Origin: Methanomethylovorans sp. PtaU1.Bin093
GTDB lineage: Archaea > Halobacteriota > Methanosarcinia > Methanosarcinales > Methanosarcinaceae
Assembly (NCBI RefSeq): GCF_002067275.1
Contig: NZ_MVQX01000048.1
Coordinates: forward strand, 29,748 to 93,747
Reading direction: 5' to 3'
DNA: 64,000 nucleotides
The translations under genes and the position numbers were made by a program. Each line of letters begins with the position of its first letter. The first letter of the stretch is position 1. The notes under the pieces were generated by a model. It had not been told where the DNA came from, ran no database searches, and saw only the letters and a program-made list of their open reading frames with translations. Of this stretch, positions 58,888-64,000 are shown piece by piece.

Positions 58888-59946
58888 ATGATGAATGCGG
58901 ACGAAACACACGACATTATTTATGCTTTAAGAGAGGGCCTGAGGTCAAAATCTGTTCTTTTCTTGGCTCCCGTAGATGTTGCTGTAGGACGTATTGTTTA
59001 TTTTTATGTGTATGATCTGCTGCAAAGCGATCCCCAACAAAAAGTGGTCTGGCTTTGTCTGAAAACCCCCTGGAATAAAGTTATAGGAACATTTCAGGAA
59101 TACCAATACGATATTGATAGAGAACGTATAATGTTCATAGACTTGCTTCCACCGGGTAAAGAACCGTCCGAAGGTGTTCTCTATTTCTCTTCCCCGTCTG
59201 ATCACACTAAGATAGCTTCTCATGTGGTGCAGCTATTTGATAAATTCCCAGGTTCTCTTCTAGTGATCGATAGCATGACCGTGTTGGGCACAGATAATAT
59301 GCAGGTGGTGGAAAGTTTCATCAATTTCGTCCGCACAAAAGTCTCCGAGAAGAATGGTTCTATTGTTGCCATATTAGGAAAGGACACTCTTAAAGATGAA
59401 TCAGAAGCTTTTATCAAATCTTTCTTTGAGATAATCGTGGAACTTACGAACATAGGTGAGATCCATGCAGAGATCGGAATGAAGACTCTGGATGCAAGGT
59501 TCCATGTTGAAGATGGAAAATTATCCTTTGAATATATACAGAAGAAGTTAATGAGAGGTCGTCTCAAGATCCTCATTGTAGATGATGAACCGGACATACC
59601 CGATCTTCTGCAGCTGTCGCTTTCAAATCAGCCCTATGATTTTGTTGTGGCATATAATGGGCAGCAAGCCATCGAAGCCACGTTGAGGGAGCGCCCTGAC
59701 CTGATCCTCCTTGACATAATGATGCCTGATATGGACGGATACGAAGTCGTGGAACATCTCAAGCAAAGTGCAACATCCGCTAATATCCCTGTGATAATGA
59801 TCTCTGCAAAGACCGCTGTAGAAGACAAGGTACGAGGCATGGAACTGGGAATTGATGATTACATTGCCAAACCTTTTGATAAGCGTGAGGTCAATGCCAG
59901 GATCAGGATGGTAATGCGTCGATTTGGTTGGACTGAAGAAGAGTGA
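58888..59946 (+). CDS. Response regulator: degenerate KaiC/RecA-like N-terminal domain + C-terminal receiver domain
   Basis: Receiver motifs ILIVDDE, PDLILLDIMMP.MDG, SAK and KPF; N-terminal LLVIDS (Walker B-like) with no intact Walker A. Confidence 0.85.
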   Translation: MMNADETHDIIYALREGLRSKSVLFLAPVDVAVGRIVYFYVYDLLQSDPQQKVVWLCLKTPWNKVIGTFQEYQYDIDRERIMFIDLLPPGKEPSEGVLYFSSPSDHTKIASHVVQLFDKFPGSLLVIDSMTVLGTDNMQVVESFINFVRTKVSEKNGSIVAILGKDTLKDESEAFIKSFFEIIVELTNIGEIHAEIGMKTLDARFHVEDGKLSFEYIQKKLMRGRLKILIVDDEPDIPDLLQLSLSNQPYDFVVAYNGQQAIEATLRERPDLILLDIMMPDMDGYEVVEHLKQSATSANIPVIMISAKTAVEDKVRGMELGIDDYIAKPFDKREVNARIRMVMRRFGWTEEE

Positions 59947-60173
59947 TAAAGGCAAATTTTAGTTACTACTAAATAAATCGATGAAAATGTCAGAACTCTT
60001 CTCTCTTATGTACTAATAATTAAAGTCAGAAGGTGCGCTTATGGAAACATGCGCAACACTCATTTACTGGAATAAATACCAGTATACTGAGAATTTCCTT
60101 CCAGGAAGACGGGTATGTATATGATATCCATCAGTTTTGTTCTTAAAATCAGACTAAATGAATTAAGTCCGAA

Positions 60174-61193
60174 TTACTGGATCTTCTCGCAGATATAAGC
60201 TATTTTTTCCCTGGCAAAAAGAATTGCCTTCCTTTCTCCTTTCAGGTCCCTTTCCAGTTCCTTGCGAATATCCCAATACATAGCGGGATCTACCTCTGCT
60301 CGCAGTAATACCTCACCATATCCTCGTTCTTTAAGCTCACTGTTTATGGTCTCAGGTACGAATCCGGCACTAAAGACCATTCTATAGGTATTCTTTATCA
60401 TGGGATGGTCCACAAGATTATTTGAGGTCAGCATCAAACGTTTGTTGTCCATTCGAAAGATAGATGTTCCTTCTTTTAGTTCTGTCATGAGTTCAGGCAG
60501 CAACTCAGCTTTTACTACGGATGGGTCGGGCTCATACAGGTATCTTCCGGGTTTTTTTACATCAACCATCTCGATCTCTTCAACATGGCCGGTTTTTCCA
60601 CACAGCTTTATTGGACCAGGCAAGGAAAGTGCAGATCTGCTGCAGGTCTTAAGCCTTCCAAAATACAGATCCAGCCGATTAAGTTCTCCATCCAGGGAAA
60701 GGTATTCAAGTTCACAATCAAAATTTATTCTGTCAGGGGGCAATTGAGGAGGTGCCTCAAAAACAAAGTTACTTGTCTTTCCGGAATATGCTGTCAGTAC
60801 GTCAGGTATGTGTGGGGTCAGATTATATATGTCACGCTTTTCTTCTGTTGCAGCTCTTGCAGGATCAGAGAATACAACATCCACTGCAGGTATCTGTTCA
60901 AGCACATCCTCTGAGAGCGCATCCCCGCAGATGAATTCCACATTGTCCAAGCCAAACAGCCTGCAGTTCTTTCTGGCAAGCTCAATTTTAGCAGGATCGA
61001 TCTCAATGGCATATACAATTTCACACTCTCTTGCAAAATATACTGTTTGTCCTCCAATTCCACAGCTTATGTCCGCAAGACTGGAGCATTTAAGTCTTTT
61101 TGCCCTATATGCAGCCACTGGCCACGGTGTTGCAAAGCGCAGGCCATCTTTGCCAGAAAATAATTGCTTTTCAAAATTCTTTTTTCGTGTCAC
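60174..61193 (-). CDS. Class I SAM-dependent (probably RNA) methyltransferase; start uncertain
   Basis: LRFATP...A.YRA.RL, D.SCGIGG, IEID, GDA, DPAR and YLYEPDP motifs. Confidence 0.82.
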   Translation of the reverse strand: MTRKKNFEKQLFSGKDGLRFATPWPVAAYRAKRLKCSSLADISCGIGGQTVYFARECEIVYAIEIDPAKIELARKNCRLFGLDNVEFICGDALSEDVLEQIPAVDVVFSDPARAATEEKRDIYNLTPHIPDVLTAYSGKTSNFVFEAPPQLPPDRINFDCELEYLSLDGELNRLDLYFGRLKTCSRSALSLPGPIKLCGKTGHVEEIEMVDVKKPGRYLYEPDPSVVKAELLPELMTELKEGTSIFRMDNKRLMLTSNNLVDHPMIKNTYRMVFSAGFVPETINSELKERGYGEVLLRAEVDPAMYWDIRKELERDLKGERKAILFAREKIAYICEKIQ

Positions 61194-61368
61194 CTGGATC
61201 AAATCATTAAGGGTCTTAATACATTTAAACCGATCCGTCTGCAAAGAACTGCTTAATGTACTTTTACTTGGAATATAATTATATAATATTGGGGACATAC
61301 ATATCAGCACCATAGTAGTCTGAATACATGTTACAATATGGAATTCAAGCAAATCCTAAAGGTCTAAG

Positions 61369-62652
61369 ATGGCAGGGCTTGGCGACAAGATCAAGAACAT
61401 AAGTTCTCTTCTGAAAAAAGGAGGAAAAAACAAATCGACCAATTCTCCATTCAGTGGTAACTCTGACCCGTTTTCCAATGCTCCTCCTGGTCTTGGCCTA
61501 GTACCTGATCTTACAGCAGGGATGCCTCATTCCCAGAGTGGTATTTCCCCTCCTGGAATGCCTCCGGGTATTTCCTTTCCTCAAAAACCCGGTCAGTCTG
61601 GTCCACTTGGTGGTTTTCCTCCAGGGATGCAAACTCCTGCAGAGAAGCCATCTGTTGATGCTGCGGCACTGGAAGCTAATAATAAGAAAATAAAGGAAAT
61701 AGAGGGTAAGATCGCAAAAGCGGAAGTTAGCCTCTCAATGGTGCAGAAGGAGAATGAAGAAGTAAGCAAAACAGTGGCAAAGATGGATAAGAACATCCTC
61801 GAATTGCTATCTTTATACGAGATCGTTTCTAACCAGGTGAACCCTTTTGTAGGTGATGATGCCGGAGGGAGGGCAACACTGGAAAGGTTCGACAAGACTG
61901 AAAAAAGGATCAATGAACTAGGTAATATGCTTGTGATGCTGAAGAACGATCTAGATTCTTTCCCGCAGCGCATAAGTTCTTCAGGAGCTATAGACTCGGT
62001 TAGTGAAAAGATAAAGGATATGGAAACAAAGTTCGATGCTTTTGCAGATGCAATGGCTATGATGCATGAAAGCATCAATGATCTTTCTGAACAGACAAAG
62101 GAGATAAGTGAAAAAAATGCTCTGGTGGACAATAACATTCTTGAGCTCTCAGAAACGATAAGTAAGATCTCTCTGAGAGTTGAATATATAGAGAAAAATG
62201 GGGCTAAAAAGCTAAAAGATCAGGTTTCTACATCCGTATCTCAGGATATTCCCTCAGAAGAATCAAATGATCTGGAGAAACCTCAGGAGAAGAACCCTCT
62301 GGTAAGATTGGATGCCATACGCAAGGACCCAACAAGTGTCGTTGTCCTCCTTAACTGGATAGAGTTCCTTATGGAAAGGGTAGGAAGGAACAATTTGATG
62401 GATGCCCTTGACTATTATGTTGATATCGGCTGGATAAGCGATAATGTCCGGTCCGATATAATGGCCTATGCAAGAGGGATCGACTATTATGTAGAGAAGC
62501 CAACATGGCGCCTTCTCCCGGAAGACCACACTAAATCCTTGCTTTTTATAGAACGGTTATGTGGCCGCAAGATAGACAAGAACATGCTGAGCAGTGTTGA
62601 TCGGGAGATGTCAAAGGTAAAGCACGGACTGGAGGAATTATACGGGCTTTGA
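61369..62652 (+). CDS. Archaellum accessory protein ArlC/D/E (FlaCDE-type) with a Pro/Gly-rich N-terminus
   Basis: ArlC-like LL.LYE.VS..VNPFV motif, coiled coil, ArlD/E WIEFL..RVG....ALDYY..IGWIS...DH.KSL.FI domain. Confidence 0.87.
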   Translation: MAGLGDKIKNISSLLKKGGKNKSTNSPFSGNSDPFSNAPPGLGLVPDLTAGMPHSQSGISPPGMPPGISFPQKPGQSGPLGGFPPGMQTPAEKPSVDAAALEANNKKIKEIEGKIAKAEVSLSMVQKENEEVSKTVAKMDKNILELLSLYEIVSNQVNPFVGDDAGGRATLERFDKTEKRINELGNMLVMLKNDLDSFPQRISSSGAIDSVSEKIKDMETKFDAFADAMAMMHESINDLSEQTKEISEKNALVDNNILELSETISKISLRVEYIEKNGAKKLKDQVSTSVSQDIPSEESNDLEKPQEKNPLVRLDAIRKDPTSVVVLLNWIEFLMERVGRNNLMDALDYYVDIGWISDNVRSDIMAYARGIDYYVEKPTWRLLPEDHTKSLLFIERLCGRKIDKNMLSSVDREMSKVKHGLEELYGL

Positions 62653-63076
62653 GACATCCGTTGTATTGACCATTTTCTTTGTATCTGTAATGATCATGGC
62701 CACAATGTCATATACCACTATCAGTTCTTCCAATGACTTGCTATCGTCTTCTGCTGATGAGCATTATTCCCTTATTAATAAGAAATTGCATACCGATGTG
62801 CAGATCATTGGTTCAAGTGCTATTATCCACAATTCGACTTACCAGCTGTCCCTGGAGGTTCTCAATACGGGCAGTGAAACTTTGAGGTCGGATGAACTAG
62901 AGGTACTCGTTGATGGTGTCTATAAGCCTTATTCACTTGCAGCAAATGCTACCACCACATGGACTCCACAAACCTCTGTCGCCTTAAACATCTACGATCT
63001 ATCAGGTTTTGGTGACCATAGGCTGAAAGTAGTTACTGAGAACGGGATTTGTGATTATTATTCGTATAACATTTAA
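62642..63076 (+). CDS. arlF: Archaellum protein ArlF (FlaF); start probably ACG 62642
   Basis: (M)GFETSVVLTIFF N-terminus, N.GS..L, VLVDG, W.P and R.KVVTENG motifs. Confidence 0.8.
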   Translation, partial: TGFETSVVLTIFFVSVMIMATMSYTTISSSNDLLSSSADEHYSLINKKLHTDVQIIGSSAIIHNSTYQLSLEVLNTGSETLRSDELEVLVDGVYKPYSLAANATTTWTPQTSVALNIYDLSGFGDHRLKVVTENGICDYYSYNI

Positions 63077-63129
63077 GCCCAGATTTCTAGGAATTAATAT
63101 ATACTAATAATAATATATTATTATCCAAT

Positions 63130-63663
63130 ATGTTTCATCATCCTGAGGTTGACAGAACAGTGTTCAGTACAGGACAATTCAGTAAGTTCTTTGCAGACAG
63201 GGCAGGCGAAACTGCTATTACCCACATGATATTCTTCATAGCAGCTGTTATCATAGCGATGGGTGTTGTTGCTGTACTTTCCGTAAATGTTCAGTCACTT
63301 ACGGGAGCCACTTATGTAGGAAACAAAGTTCTATCCGATCAGATCCGCACAGATATTACGATAATAAATGACCCCGAGATCGTACCTTACAACAGTTACG
63401 AGAAACGCTACACTTTCTATGCAAAGAATACGGGGGTTTCTGAACTTAATACTGAGTTCATTACCATCCTGGTCGATGGAATGCTCATAGAGCCTTCTGA
63501 TGTCCAAAGCAGTGTAATGGACGGAGATGTGGTATGGCGTCCGGGAGATGTACTGGTCGTCAACGTAACGATGTCATCAGCTCTCAGTCATGGTGATCAC
63601 CGTGTTCAGATAACTGCTGAGAATGGAAAGTCCGGGTCGATGAGCTTTATAACACGAACGTGA
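63130..63663 (+). CDS. arlG: Archaellum protein ArlG (FlaG); start may be GTG 63160
   Basis: AITHMIFFIAA, I.TDI.IINDP, FYAKNTG, LVDG and W.PG motifs. Confidence 0.85.
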   Translation: MFHHPEVDRTVFSTGQFSKFFADRAGETAITHMIFFIAAVIIAMGVVAVLSVNVQSLTGATYVGNKVLSDQIRTDITIINDPEIVPYNSYEKRYTFYAKNTGVSELNTEFITILVDGMLIEPSDVQSSVMDGDVVWRPGDVLVVNVTMSSALSHGDHRVQITAENGKSGSMSFITRT

Positions 63664-63672
63664 GGTATACAT

Positions 63673-64000
63673 TTGGCAGACGTTTATCCTTTTAGTATTT
63701 CCAGGGATGAGTTCAATGATAAACTGGGAGGAGGTTTTCCATCCGGTTCCTTTGTAGTAATAGAAGGCGGTAGCGGCGGGGGAAAAAGTACCATCACCCA
63801 GCGTCTGACATATGGGTTCATAGAGAACAAGACCAGTGTAACTCTGGTCTCTACACAGCTTACTACCAAGGGTTTTATAAATCAGATGTATTCTCTTGAC
63901 TATCCCATTGCTCCTTATCTTCTGAACGGCACCCTGCTTTACATACCTGTCATTCCTCTTGTTCAGGCTGCAAAATCCCGTCTGGACTTTGTTGAAAGAC
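63673..64000 (+). CDS. arlH: Archaellum ATPase ArlH (FlaH); runs off the right edge of the window
   Basis: TTG after GAGGT; RDEFNDKLGGGFP.GS, Walker A EGGSGGGKS, VSTQLT..GF..QM.SL.Y. Confidence 0.9.
   Translation, partial: MADVYPFSISRDEFNDKLGGGFPSGSFVVIEGGSGGGKSTITQRLTYGFIENKTSVTLVSTQLTTKGFINQMYSLDYPIAPYLLNGTLLYIPVIPLVQAAKSRLDFVER

Noticed and set aside
60020-60115. Several short hairpins between the response regulator and the methyltransferase
   Set aside because: Arms are only 5-6 bp; compatible with chance or simple termination signals.
1-64000. CRISPR arrays, rRNA genes, IS elements and inteins
   Set aside because: No regularly spaced repeats, rRNA-like segments or transposases were seen; RfcS and RtcB are of normal length with no intein motifs.

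Overview
Archaeal chromosome segment from a cytochrome-containing methanogen (Methanosarcinaceae; Methanomethylovorans/Methanolobus-like by inference from gene content). It is mostly core genome: apbE divergent from an mmcA-rnfCDGEAB(X) operon, rfcS, a histone, two RPA + partner operons, class I aldolase, deoxyhypusine synthase, tRNA-Thr(UGU), archease/rtcB, argD/hisC, artA-psd-pssA-mptD, tfs/pcna/priL, a pspA-pspAA/htpX-pspAB locus, cbiA, moaA, surE, alaS, a histidine kinase/response regulator pair, and the start of an archaellum cluster (arlCDE, F, G, H). Standout observations: (1) an AT-rich island (~19.9-23.3 kb) with a DarT-family DNA ADP-ribosyltransferase toxin and a NADAR (DarG1-type) antitoxin fused to a DUF5655-like domain, i.e. 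a candidate archaeal DarTG1 anti-viral system; (2) about six genes whose conserved N-termini and Shine-Dalgarno sites point to near-cognate start codons (ATT, ATA, ACG, CTG); (3) a candidate stem-closed sRNA with an anti-SD motif downstream of rtcB; (4) several pseudogene remnants and small ORFs missed by the ORF track. All family assignments come from motif recognition by eye, not from database searches. No CRISPR array, rRNA or intact mobile element was seen.
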